A DNA stretch of 64,000 nt from a plasmid, in sequence record NZ_CP027239.1; one strand, given 5' to 3'. The notes under the pieces are model-generated. The model was given only the letters and a program-made list of their open reading frames with translations, was not told the DNA's origin and did no database searches. Position numbers and translations under genes: made by a program. This document shows positions 47,053 through 56,765 of the stretch, piece by piece (the first letter of the stretch is position 1; every line of letters starts with the position of its first letter).

Positions 47053-47451
47053 ATGAACAGCGAAGAAGTCGACGTGGCCGCTGACGCCATGTGGGCAGCC
47101 ATCGACGACACGGGCATCCGCGGGCGCCTCTACCGAGAGGACTGCCTGTACCTCGCGCAGGTACTGGCAAAATCCGGGCTGCTGGCGCGCCACGTCGACG
47201 ACGACCAGGCCCCAGTTTCCGACGGCGAGTGGGTGCGCATCCCCGCAGATCAGGTGCACGAGGAGTGGATGGCGGCAGTCGGCTGGCGCAACGGGATCGG
47301 CCAGACCGAGCAGAACCAGGGCTACGGAGACACCCGGGAAGCGGCCCTGGCTGACGCCCGTAGCCAGCCGCGGCTGCTGGGACTCGGAGACGAGGACGAG
47401 GTCGCCCACAAGGCACTGCGCCGCCTTGCCAGCTCGTGGGAGGAGGCGTGA
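47053..47451 (+). CDS. hypothetical acidic protein (132 aa)
   Basis: RBS agggagaacc. Confidence 0.5.
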   Translation: MNSEEVDVAADAMWAAIDDTGIRGRLYREDCLYLAQVLAKSGLLARHVDDDQAPVSDGEWVRIPADQVHEEWMAAVGWRNGIGQTEQNQGYGDTREAALADARSQPRLLGLGDEDEVAHKALRRLASSWEEA

Positions 47452-48059
47452 GCAACGCCTTCTTCACCGCCGACCTGCACCTCGGGCACCGGCTCGTCTC
47501 CGACCTGCGGGGTTTCGACACTGTCGAAGACCACGACTGTGCCGTCATGGACAACCTCGCCGCCACACTTGGCACCAGCGACACCCTGTGGCTGCTCGGG
47601 GACATCTCCGCAGGGGGCGGCGGCGGTCAACGTCACGCCCTCGCGCTGATCGAGGAGGTGCTCGTCAGTCGCGGCCGTACCGTGCACCTGATCCCCGGCA
47701 ATCACGACGGTGTGCATCCGCTTCACCGCAACGCACTCAAGTGGGATGGCCCCTACCGGCAGGTATTCGCCTCGGTGCAGCCGTTCGCGCGGCGCCGCAT
47801 CGCCGGCCGCAACGTATGGCTGTCACATTTCCCGTGGCGGGGCGGAGGGGACCACACCGACATCGACCGCTACGAGACGGTGCGCCTGAACGACGACGGC
47901 ACGTCGTGGCTCCTTCACGGACACACCCACAGCCTCGAAGCCATCGACTACGAACGCCGCCAGATCCATGTCGGTCTCGACGCCTGGGACCTGCGCCCCG
48001 TACCGCTGGAGGAGATCGCGGCCCTGGTCAACGCCACCGAAGTGGCAGTGCCCAGGTGA
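47448..48059 (+). CDS. metallophosphoesterase (calcineurin-like / PPP-type)
   Basis: DLHLGH, LLGDIS, GNHD and HGHTH metal-ligand blocks in calcineurin-like order; GTGA overlap with previous stop; RBS gggaggagg. Confidence 0.7.
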   Translation: MSNAFFTADLHLGHRLVSDLRGFDTVEDHDCAVMDNLAATLGTSDTLWLLGDISAGGGGGQRHALALIEEVLVSRGRTVHLIPGNHDGVHPLHRNALKWDGPYRQVFASVQPFARRRIAGRNVWLSHFPWRGGGDHTDIDRYETVRLNDDGTSWLLHGHTHSLEAIDYERRQIHVGLDAWDLRPVPLEEIAALVNATEVAVPR

Positions 48060-48175
48060 GCCCGCGACCGCGACCTGCCGGCCCGTCACCGCCGACGCGC
48101 GCCAATGCCTCCACCGCCGAGCCCGCACCCAACCCGAAGAAAGGATCGCCGGGCACCGCCCGACGGAACACCGCT

Positions 48176-48961
48176 ATGCAACGCACTCACCGCAAGATCC
48201 TCGCGTCGGCAACCATCGCCGCTGCCCTCACGCTGACCGCGTGCTCCTCGGAGGAATCGGGCGCCCCAGCCGACGGCCCAAACCACGGCGGCAGCCCTGC
48301 GCACGGCGGGGACACCGAACAGACACCGACGTTCGACTACTCCATGCCGCAGCTGGGCCCGGTCACCGTCCACGAGATGCGCTTCGAGATCCCGCAGGTC
48401 GCGCTCGACAACGAGCCCGACTACGAAGAGGGAAAAATGTTCAGCTCGATCTCGATCAAGCCGATGCAGATCGACGCCCCGGGTGTGTGCGGCATCGAGA
48501 TGAACCGAGAGCTGCACAACGATCCCGTGGAACGGCTGACGCAGCGGCTCTTGGCGGACAACCGCCGCTTGCCCACGCTGCGCACAGGCTGGGGCGATGA
48601 CGACAAGCTCCCCACTCCGGAGGAGGCCCGTGAGTTCGCCGTAGACGTCGTCGCCGGGCAGAAGCGCAAGCCGGAAAGCGCCCTGGACCTCGCCAACCCT
48701 GAGCCGGGCCGGTACGTGTCGGACGACTTCACCAGCATCAAGGCCGTTGGCTCTTGTGCCTCGTCGGTCGATTCCGATGACGCGCTGGTCACCGTGGCCT
48801 ACCGAATGGTCGGGCAGAGGCCAGCCGTCGATTCTGGCGATCCGTACGACACCTTCGCCGAGGCCGAGGTCGGGATCTTCACCAACGGCGACATCTTCGT
48901 CACCGGCGCCGAGATTGAGGGCTGGGAGCAGGACATCAACGGGGACTGGATCCCCGACTGA
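48176..48961 (+). CDS. secreted lipoprotein (261 aa)
   Basis: MQRTHRKILASATIAAALTLTACSSEE signal peptide/lipobox. Confidence 0.6.
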   Translation: MQRTHRKILASATIAAALTLTACSSEESGAPADGPNHGGSPAHGGDTEQTPTFDYSMPQLGPVTVHEMRFEIPQVALDNEPDYEEGKMFSSISIKPMQIDAPGVCGIEMNRELHNDPVERLTQRLLADNRRLPTLRTGWGDDDKLPTPEEAREFAVDVVAGQKRKPESALDLANPEPGRYVSDDFTSIKAVGSCASSVDSDDALVTVAYRMVGQRPAVDSGDPYDTFAEAEVGIFTNGDIFVTGAEIEGWEQDINGDWIPD

Positions 48962-49006
48962 TCCAGCCGAGCCCGAGCATTTCGCCCACACGAGCAGGAG
49001 CCAGCC

Positions 49007-50581
49007 ATGACCCCACCGACCGTTCAGGTCCGCGTGGCCTTCGCCCTCACCGCACTGTCCGCGCTCGCGGGCTACGCCGTGCTGTGGCCTGCGCTGGCTC
49101 CTGCCGGCTGGGCCGGCTCGGACTACCTGCGGGCCCGCTCCGGGCCGTCGTGGCCGCACCTGATGGGCACTGACCACCTGGGTTACGACGTGTCGGTGCG
49201 GGTCGCTGAGGCCCTGCAGGTGTCGTTGGCGGTCGCGGTGGCCACCGCGGTGGGCGCCGCCGTGATCGGGCTGCTGGTGGGGGCCACAGCCGCCGCCTGC
49301 GGGGGGCGGGTCGACGCCGCCCTGATGCGGGCCACCGATGCTGTGGCCGCGGTGCCGCACCTGCTGGCGACCATCGTCGTCGTTGCCATGTTCCGCGGCT
49401 CGCTGACCGCCATCGTCATCGCGCTGACGCTGACCCACTGGACGACCCTGGCCCGCGTCGTCCGCGCGGAAACCCAGACGGTGATGGCCTCTGGCTACAT
49501 CGCCGCCTCCCGGACCGCCGGCGCTTCCCGCGCCCAGCTTGTGCGCCACCACATCGTCCCGGCCGTCGCCCCGCAGGCGGGGATCGCGATCGTGATGATG
49601 GTGCCGCACGCCATCTGGCACGAGTCCACGCTGTCGTTCCTGGGCATCGGGCTGGCCCCGGAGCAGGCCAGCCTGGGCACGCTCATCGACTCCGCCAGCG
49701 CCGGACTGCTCGAGGGCCAGTGGTGGGCGCTCGCCGCGCCCTCAGCGGTGCTAGTGGCCGCTACGGCGGCGTTGGCGGCGCTGCGCCCCGCCGGCACCCG
49801 CCTCGCCCGCCGTCGGCTCGGCGACCGGGCCCTGCCAGCCAGTCGCAGAGCAGGGGAGGGGCTGCAGGTGCGGGACCTGACCGTGGACATCCACACCGCG
49901 GCCGGGCCGGTGCGCGCCCTCGACGGGGCGACGCTGCGCGTCGCCTCGGGCAAGATCGTCGCCGTGACCGGTCCGTCCGGCGCCGGTAAGTCCACCCTGG
50001 CGCACGCCCTGGCCGGGCTCCTGCCGGCCGCCGCCACCCTGACCGGGCACATGGACTCCGGCCCGGTCGGATACATGCCGCAGAACCCCGCCTCGGCGTT
50101 CACCCCGACCCGGCATCTGCGCAGCCAACTCGCCGAGATCATCGACGCCCACAGCGCACCGACCACCGTCGACCAGCTCTGTCACCAGGCGGGTCTACCG
50201 CCGCACCTGATCGACCGGTTCCCGCATGAGCTGTCCGGAGGGCAACTGCAGCGGGCCGCGTTCGCCGCCGCCCTGGCCAGCGGGCCCCGCGTGCTGATCG
50301 TCGACGAACCCACCTCCGGCCTAAACCCCGAGCGGGCCGCCGACGTGATGCACCTTCTGCGGGCAGTGGCCGACAGCCAGGCGATGGCAGTCCTGCTGAT
50401 CACTCACGACCTGACCGCGCTGGCGGCAACCGGGGTGGCGGACCGCGTCGTTGAGCTCCACGACGGTCGACTCTCCGATGAGTCGGCCGCGGGGCCACGC
50501 GCGGCGTGCCCAGACGATGAAGGCTGCCCCGCCCCTGCCGCGGCCGTCGCCGAGCCGATGGCGGCGGTGGTGCGAGCGTGA
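49007..50581 (+). CDS. ABC transporter permease-ATPase fusion (NikC/DppC-type TMD + ABC ATPase)
   Basis: N-terminal TM domain; C-terminal Walker A GPSGAGKST, signature LSGGQLQRAA, Walker B LIVDEPTSGL. Confidence 0.8.
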   Translation: MTPPTVQVRVAFALTALSALAGYAVLWPALAPAGWAGSDYLRARSGPSWPHLMGTDHLGYDVSVRVAEALQVSLAVAVATAVGAAVIGLLVGATAAACGGRVDAALMRATDAVAAVPHLLATIVVVAMFRGSLTAIVIALTLTHWTTLARVVRAETQTVMASGYIAASRTAGASRAQLVRHHIVPAVAPQAGIAIVMMVPHAIWHESTLSFLGIGLAPEQASLGTLIDSASAGLLEGQWWALAAPSAVLVAATAALAALRPAGTRLARRRLGDRALPASRRAGEGLQVRDLTVDIHTAAGPVRALDGATLRVASGKIVAVTGPSGAGKSTLAHALAGLLPAAATLTGHMDSGPVGYMPQNPASAFTPTRHLRSQLAEIIDAHSAPTTVDQLCHQAGLPPHLIDRFPHELSGGQLQRAAFAAALASGPRVLIVDEPTSGLNPERAADVMHLLRAVADSQAMAVLLITHDLTALAATGVADRVVELHDGRLSDESAAGPRAACPDDEGCPAPAAAVAEPMAAVVRA

Positions 50582-51249
50582 GCCTGCGCTGCGAGAACGT
50601 CACCTACCGGCACCCCGGCGCCGACCAGCCCGTGCTGGCCGGGCTGAGCCTGGAGGTCCAGCCCGGGCGCATTGTGGCCGTGACCGGCCCGTCAGGGGTC
50701 GGCAAGACCACGTTGGGTCGCCTGATGGCCGGCCTGCTGACGCCGGATTCGGGAACGATCACCTGCGACGGCCGGCCGGTCGGTGCCCGGCGTGGCCGGC
50801 TGCCGCGGTGGACTGCGCTGCTGGCCCAGGATCCGCTGTCCGCCGCCGACCCCCGCCACAACCTCGGACGGATGATCTCCCTGCCGGCACGCCTAGCCGG
50901 GAAGAGCATCGACGTGAAGGCAGCCGCGGCGGAGGTGGGTTTAGGCCCCGAGCTGCTGGATCGGCTACCGGGACAGGTGTCAGGCGGGCAACTGCAGCGG
51001 GCGTGCCTGGCCCGGGCCCTGGCCCAGCGGCCCAACTATCTGATCGCCGACGAACCCACCGCGCATCTCGATACCGACAGCACGGCCACGATCGCTGCGG
51101 TGTTGCGCCGCCGCGCCGCCCGCGGGCTCGGCGTCCTTCTCATCACCCACGAGCTTGAGCTGGTCCGCGACATCGCGGACGTCACGACGCACCTGCTCCC
51201 GACGTCGACGGAGACGATGAACCCACTTTCGGACCGTCCCAGCCGATAA
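50578..51249 (+). CDS. ABC transporter ATP-binding protein (second ATPase)
   Basis: GPSGVGKTT, VSGGQLQRAC, LIADEPTAHLD; GTGA overlap with upstream gene. Confidence 0.85.
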   Translation: MSLRCENVTYRHPGADQPVLAGLSLEVQPGRIVAVTGPSGVGKTTLGRLMAGLLTPDSGTITCDGRPVGARRGRLPRWTALLAQDPLSAADPRHNLGRMISLPARLAGKSIDVKAAAAEVGLGPELLDRLPGQVSGGQLQRACLARALAQRPNYLIADEPTAHLDTDSTATIAAVLRRRAARGLGVLLITHELELVRDIADVTTHLLPTSTETMNPLSDRPSR

Positions 51250-51287
51250 CATCTGCGCAGGCAACAACCACCGGGCAGGAGAAGGCG

Positions 51288-51431
51288 ATGGCGGTGAACT
51301 GGAAAGCCTTGCAGGCAGAACTAGACGCGGACGCCTCGCAGATCCTCGCCGACTGCGCTGTCCGCGCCGACGCCCTCTGCGCCGAGGTGTACGGCGACCT
51401 CTACCACTCGCCCCAGGGGCAGGCCAGCTAA
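51288..51431 (+). CDS. small protein (47 aa, below track cutoff)
   Basis: ATG with RBS ggagaagg immediately after transporter operon. Confidence 0.3.
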   Translation: MAVNWKALQAELDADASQILADCAVRADALCAEVYGDLYHSPQGQAS

Positions 51432-51485
51432 CCAGCCCGTAGCCAGCGGGCGCTAGAGCAGGCGTTGCGAGCATCCAACCCCTGG

Positions 51486-54308
51486 TTAGTCCGCCGTCAA
51501 CTCCTGATACCGCTGGAACAGCACCTCAAGACGCTGCCGCTCCGTCGTGAGCTTGCGGGAAGCACCGAGCGCGACATCAACCTCGCGGTCCAGTCTGTCG
51601 TGCGCTTTCACGAGCTGCGGGTCCATCGCCAACGGGTTGTAGGCATCGGCCAAACTTCGCTCCGGGTGCAGCTCTCGGGCCGCCAGAACGCCCTTTCCGG
51701 CAGCGATGATCTTCGCTCTCTGTTTATCGCTGAGGGCTGGGACCGGGAAGGTGTTCCACGTCAAAGTGTTCGCGAATCGGACTCGCGATTCCAGGCGGCC
51801 ACCGATGGTTTTCTGCCAGGTGATGAACATCGACGAGGACAGCAGAGCAAACTGCAGGCCGTCGAGGTCTTCGACGGTGAAGGTCAGATCGCTGGCGATA
51901 GTCGCAGCGGGAATTGCCGCAGCGAGATAGTAGGGACGAGTCTCACTGGACACTTTGGGCAGGCACAGATGTGGAACGTCGCGGTGGGATCGTTGGCCGA
52001 ACAGATGAGGGGTTGCGGCCATCGCGCGGGTGGACGCGGCCTTGCTCTTCGCGCGGAAAGCCGCGACCGCTTCGAGCCTGCTCTTAAGGAACGGACTGCG
52101 TCCGATGTCTGCGGGGTCTAAGTCCACGAGCCACAGGCACCATCGGGGGAGGCCGTGAAGTAGCTCGCGCGAGCCGATGAACGGGCGAACGTACTGCGCG
52201 GCTACCGGGTCGGCCATCACCTGGTCGTAATCGTCGACCTCGACGATTAGGTTGCCGTCGTCGCGAGCCATGTTGCCGAACACCGCAGGCACGATCTCTG
52301 GAGAAAGTGGTTGGGAGCGCTTGGCGACGAGCACGTTGGGCGCGTCGACGAGATAGGCGTTGATTCCCACGGTGACAGGTAGGGGCTCCGCGGGACCGCT
52401 GGGGGATGAGTAGCCGAACAGGCGTGGCTTAGTGGCGTCGTCTCGGGTGAAACCGACGATCACGCAGTGCACGGCCGCCTTGCCGGGGGCCTGGGAATCC
52501 CAGGCAAAGGTGCGGTGTGCGAATCCGATGCGCCAGCCGGCGGCGAAGATCGGGCCGAACAGCCGGGGAACTTGGTCGCCTTGTGTGATGGAGTTGGTGG
52601 TGACGTAGGCAAACGCCCCGGGCCGGTCGGCGAGTAAGTTGAGCGATTTGGCGTGCCACGCGGTGACGTAGTCCAGGCGACTGATGTCGTTGGTGCCCCA
52701 TGCAGTTCGTAGCTGGTCGGCCTGCTCTGTCGTGCGGGTGGCGTGTCCGAGGAAGGGCGGATTGCCGAAGATGAAGGTCTGACCGGCCGGCTTGGGCAGG
52801 GCTGCGTTCCAGTCCAACTCGAGCGCGTCGCCGTGGACGATGTGAGCCGTGATTCGGATGGGCAGCCGGTCGGGGGCCTGTCCGATTGCTTCAGCGAGAC
52901 GGCGGTTGGCTTGGTGATCGACGAGGAACATCGCGGTTTCGGCGATCTTCGCTGGCCACCAGTTGATCTCGAAAGCGTAGAACCGGTCGATCGTCAGCTT
53001 CTGCTCGAGCGTGGCGTCTAGCGACATGCCGGTCTCGCCGAGCCGGCGTCGGCGCTCGACGATGAGATCGGTCTCGATGTCGCGCAGCTTGTCGTAGGCG
53101 AGCGAGATGAAGTTCCCGCTGCCAGCCGCGGGATCGACGTAGAGGTTGGCCGCGAGCTCGTCCTGCAGTGCGGCGAGCTGCGCCGGGGTGGTGGACTTGT
53201 TGGCGATCAACCGGTCCGCTCGTGACCGGTAGTCATCGAGAAACAGGGGGCCGATGGTCTTGAGGATGTTCTCTTCGCTCGTATAGTGCTCGCCGGCGGT
53301 GCGGCGGGCCTCTCTGGACTTCACGAGCTGGAACATGGCACCGAAGATGGCCGGCGAGATTCGGGTCCACCGGAATCGGCATGCAGCCAGCAGGGCGTCG
53401 CGCATCGCTGGGGTGAAGAAGCTGGCCGGCAGGGTTTCGGCGAACAGTGCACCGTTTACGTACGGGAACCGTGCCAGCAGGTCCGGCAGGTCTCGCCGCC
53501 CGCGGCCGGGTGGGGTGTTGAGGACCTGGAACAAGGTCACCAGCTGGCCGCCCAAAGTATCCGGCCCCGTGGTCTCCTCCACCCACCGGTAGAACAGATC
53601 GGCTTCCCACAGCCCGGCATCGTCCCCGTAGAGCAAGAACAGGATGCGCGTGAGGAAGATCGACGCCTGCTGAATCTCGGCGTCCTCTTCGTCCGGGTCG
53701 GTGGGCGCTTCGTTGGAGACGTCTTCGTCGGCGTCGTCGCCGACCATTGCTGTGTAGAGATCGGCCATCAATTGGGCCGCGTGAATGGAGGCGTGCTCCT
53801 CTTCGCGGCGGGTGATGGTTTCGTGGCCCGCCAGGAACAGCAGGGCGTCCAGGTGGGCCGCAATGTGTGCGACGTCTATCTCGACGCTGGTCCGCTCATC
53901 TCCCAAGCGGTCGACCCGGAGTCGGGCAAAGTCGGTGACCAGCACGTACTTGGGAAACTCGTGCTGACCGATGCTTCCGCCGGACAGGTAGTCGAGGGCT
54001 TGTCGGTGTGCTTTGTCCAGGTCAGCGCCCAGGCTCTTGGCCTCACCGATGAACACTCCAGACTGGAACACGTCGATGTACCCGCTGCGGCCAGTGCTAG
54101 CCCGCACCGCGTCTCGCTCAAACAGATCCAGGCGGGCCGCGTTGATGCCGAAGCAGCCGAGCAAGTCAGACCAGAAGGAGTGCGCGAACGATTTCTCCGT
54201 GTGCGGGGTGTTGTCCTCCCGCCACGTTCGGACGGTAGTGGCCCAGTGGTTGGCGAAGTCGACCAGTCGACGTTTGATCTCGCCCCGGTCCACACCCGTA
54301 GTTGCCAT
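51486..54308 (-). CDS. type IIL/IIG restriction-modification enzyme, MmeI family (fused PD-ExK nuclease + gamma-class N6-adenine MTase + target-recognition domain)
   Basis: 940 aa; N-terminal D...GEAK (PD-ExK-like GYIDVFQSGVFIGEAKS); MTase motif I VDPAAGSGNF and motif IV NPPF; size and architecture match MmeI (~920 aa). Confidence 0.8.
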   Translation of the reverse strand: MATTGVDRGEIKRRLVDFANHWATTVRTWREDNTPHTEKSFAHSFWSDLLGCFGINAARLDLFERDAVRASTGRSGYIDVFQSGVFIGEAKSLGADLDKAHRQALDYLSGGSIGQHEFPKYVLVTDFARLRVDRLGDERTSVEIDVAHIAAHLDALLFLAGHETITRREEEHASIHAAQLMADLYTAMVGDDADEDVSNEAPTDPDEEDAEIQQASIFLTRILFLLYGDDAGLWEADLFYRWVEETTGPDTLGGQLVTLFQVLNTPPGRGRRDLPDLLARFPYVNGALFAETLPASFFTPAMRDALLAACRFRWTRISPAIFGAMFQLVKSREARRTAGEHYTSEENILKTIGPLFLDDYRSRADRLIANKSTTPAQLAALQDELAANLYVDPAAGSGNFISLAYDKLRDIETDLIVERRRRLGETGMSLDATLEQKLTIDRFYAFEINWWPAKIAETAMFLVDHQANRRLAEAIGQAPDRLPIRITAHIVHGDALELDWNAALPKPAGQTFIFGNPPFLGHATRTTEQADQLRTAWGTNDISRLDYVTAWHAKSLNLLADRPGAFAYVTTNSITQGDQVPRLFGPIFAAGWRIGFAHRTFAWDSQAPGKAAVHCVIVGFTRDDATKPRLFGYSSPSGPAEPLPVTVGINAYLVDAPNVLVAKRSQPLSPEIVPAVFGNMARDDGNLIVEVDDYDQVMADPVAAQYVRPFIGSRELLHGLPRWCLWLVDLDPADIGRSPFLKSRLEAVAAFRAKSKAASTRAMAATPHLFGQRSHRDVPHLCLPKVSSETRPYYLAAAIPAATIASDLTFTVEDLDGLQFALLSSSMFITWQKTIGGRLESRVRFANTLTWNTFPVPALSDKQRAKIIAAGKGVLAARELHPERSLADAYNPLAMDPQLVKAHDRLDREVDVALGASRKLTTERQRLEVLFQRYQELTAD

Positions 54309-54503
54309 CGACGATCTCCTTGCCGGTCACCTGGTTCCCGCCGATCCTGCCAGTGGGTCGCGCTGTCCAAGCAGGCGGGAGGTCTCGTCTCATTGGGCCT
54401 CTGAGAACCAGGCGCCCGCATCGGGGCGGGTAGTGCTGCACCGGCACGGAGGGGCTGGACACTAGGGGCCATCAACCCGCCCCTCCAGTGAATGGAGCCC
54501 CCG

Positions 54504-55121
54504 ATGAGCCTCCCGCATCTCCCCGGTAACCGATACGTCCTCAATCTGCGCACTTTCCCCGAGGGGGATCTGCAGGTGAACTTCACCTGGCACGACGACG
54601 CGTGCCGGTTCCTGATGGACCAGGCCTTCCTGTACGCCGGGCGCGTGACCTCGTTCCACGCATGTCTGGCTGAGCACACCGATGCCGATTGGCGCCGCAT
54701 CCTGCACGAAGTGCACTGGAAGGCCGACGCCGACGAGCACGGATTGCAGGCGTTCGTGGACGACACGATCCGCGCAGACCTCGCCAGGCAACTGCTGAAC
54801 GGGCTCGACCACGGTCTGATCCGGGCCGGTGTGGCCTCGAAGGTGGTGTACGCCGAGTGGCAATGGGTGGCCACCTGCGACGGCTGCCACCTCGACGACC
54901 TGCCCGCGCTCGTCCGCCTGGCCGACGGTGGCAACCTCACTGACTTCTACGACCTGCTGGATTCCAGCCTCTACGACGTCGCTGATCGCTACTTCGTGCA
55001 GAACCTGTTCGGGCTCTCCACCGACCAGCCGTTGGCAGTTCGCCGTGAACGCAACGGGGCCATCACCACCAGCGCGGACCCCGACTTCGCTTGCGAGCCG
55101 ATACTCAAGGCCACCGCATGA
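54504..55121 (+). CDS. hypothetical protein (205 aa)
   Basis: Motif 63 bp upstream; RBS ggagccc. Confidence 0.5.
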   Translation: MSLPHLPGNRYVLNLRTFPEGDLQVNFTWHDDACRFLMDQAFLYAGRVTSFHACLAEHTDADWRRILHEVHWKADADEHGLQAFVDDTIRADLARQLLNGLDHGLIRAGVASKVVYAEWQWVATCDGCHLDDLPALVRLADGGNLTDFYDLLDSSLYDVADRYFVQNLFGLSTDQPLAVRRERNGAITTSADPDFACEPILKATA

Positions 55122-55387
55122 GCCGCCAGCCAGCCACCGTCTCGTCGCTGGTCGCCGACTACGCCCTCTACGGGGTGACCGCCGGGATGGTCCGCGCTCT
55201 CGCAGCGAACATCGCCGTCACCCACGCCGCCCACGTTGACGGTGACCATGACCCGCTCCCGGCTGCCGTCGCGGCGGAGCTGGTCGTCGAACTCAATGCC
55301 CTGGCCTCGGACTTCCAGGCGCAAATTCCTGCGCGGCAGGACGCCTACGCCGCGAACATCCGCCAGTACGGGCACCTGTTCACCTAA
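55118..55387 (+). CDS. hypothetical protein (89 aa)
   Basis: ATGA overlap with previous gene. Confidence 0.45.
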   Translation: MSRQPATVSSLVADYALYGVTAGMVRALAANIAVTHAAHVDGDHDPLPAAVAAELVVELNALASDFQAQIPARQDAYAANIRQYGHLFT

Positions 55388-55424
55388 CCGCCACGAGAAC
55401 CCCGCCAGGACGGAGAACCGCCCC

Positions 55425-55628
55425 GTGTTCGACACCCACATATGGCTGATGGACGCCGAGGATGACGTCCGCGCGGCGATCTCCGAAAAGTTCAAGATCA
55501 TCCCGGACGACGAGTACGACGTACCTGCGATCACCCGCGAGGTGTTCGACGACGTCGACGGCGTCCTGTCGCCGAACGCCCTCGCGGAGCACTTCTGGAT
55601 CGTCGCCCGCAAGCACCGCTACACCTGA
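55425..55628 (+). CDS. hypothetical acidic protein (67 aa)
   Basis: GTG start with RBS aggacggag. Confidence 0.45.
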   Translation: MFDTHIWLMDAEDDVRAAISEKFKIIPDDEYDVPAITREVFDDVDGVLSPNALAEHFWIVARKHRYT

Positions 55629-55819
55629 CAAGGAGCCGTCCCGACCGGGTTGCGGCGCCGGGGAAGTCCGTCGGGTGGCTGTCCGGCCCACGCGGGCGGC
55701 AAGCCGCTGCCAGCGAAGAGTCCCGCCCGCCGCGCGGGCCCGGGGCGCTGCTGCACCGAGCAACCAGGCGGGCACGCTCGCACTCGTCCACCCCGCCTCC
55801 ACGAGCAAGGGAGCAACCG

Positions 55820-56224
55820 ATGAGCCGCACCGTTCGCCGCAGGTTCGCCTACACCGCGCGCGTTCGCACCAAAGTCGGGGGCGCTGGGCACGCGGCCTGG
55901 TCGGCGCGTGTGAGGTTCGAGCGCCGAGAGTGGGGCTCGAGCGTGCGGGAGGTGCAGCGCACCAAGTCGATCGTCGAGTCGTTCGACGAGCTGATCGACC
56001 CCAGCCACCCCGACATGCCCCCCGGCTTCGACCTGGAGACCCCCGAGATCCGCAGCTACATCGAACGGGCCCGCGCGGCCCGCGCCGTGGCCGATGCCGT
56101 CGCCGAGCAGCTGGCGCCCATCCAGGCGCAGTGGAAGGCGCAGACCGCCAGCACCAGCGATTATCCGCTCGACGGCTGGACCCCGGCAGCGTCCCCGCCG
56201 GCCACAACCGACCCCACCGCATGA
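55820..56224 (+). CDS. hypothetical protein (134 aa)
   Basis: Motif 64 bp upstream; RBS aagggagcaacc. Confidence 0.5.
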   Translation: MSRTVRRRFAYTARVRTKVGGAGHAAWSARVRFERREWGSSVREVQRTKSIVESFDELIDPSHPDMPPGFDLETPEIRSYIERARAARAVADAVAEQLAPIQAQWKAQTASTSDYPLDGWTPAASPPATTDPTA

Positions 56225-56333
56225 CCGGAGGTGCCCGGCGATCGTGCCGCCCACTGCGCAGGCCTCCGTGCTGCACCCCGGACCGCCGCGAGAACACTGA
56301 TCACCACACCGCCACCAGACCGAGGAGCACCCG

Positions 56334-56765
56334 ATGAGCGCCACCCGAACCATCACCGCCGCCGAACTCCGCCCGGGCGACACGTTCGTCAAGGACGATC
56401 AGCGGTTGACCGTCACCGACCAGGTCGCCCCGTCTGACACCTGGGCCGGTTTCACCCGCGTCGGCCTCGACTACGGAGTGCTCTACATCCTCTCCGACGC
56501 GCAGGTCACCGTCGTCGCCAGCACCGACGACGCGTGGGCGGACGTGACAGTCGGCCCCAACGGTTCAGTCGCCGACGAGACCAACGCCCACCACTTCACC
56601 ACCGCCGCCGGGACCCCGATCGCCACCAAGCTGCAGCTGGCCGTTCCCGCCGACCTGACCGCCGAGGACGAGATCGCCGAGTGGGTCGGCCACATCAGCC
56701 AGCGCATCATCACCGCCGGCGGGCCCGGCACCACCTTGACCGTGCACGTCGGAGACGGGCAGTGA
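56334..56765 (+). CDS. hypothetical protein (143 aa)
   Basis: Motif 58 bp upstream; RBS gaggagcacc. Confidence 0.5.
   Translation: MSATRTITAAELRPGDTFVKDDQRLTVTDQVAPSDTWAGFTRVGLDYGVLYILSDAQVTVVASTDDAWADVTVGPNGSVADETNAHHFTTAAGTPIATKLQLAVPADLTAEDEIAEWVGHISQRIITAGGPGTTLTVHVGDGQ

Noticed and set aside
45548-49621. Minus-strand ORFs 45548..46375, 45925..46575 and 48086..49621
   Set aside because: Antisense to clearly recognisable ABC permease, lipoprotein and permease-ATPase genes.
51486-54308. BREX (PglX) interpretation of the 940-aa methyltransferase-containing protein
   Set aside because: It has an N-terminal PD-ExK-like nuclease block and MmeI-like length. No brxA/B/C, pglZ or brxL genes are nearby, so a stand-alone type IIL enzyme fits better.
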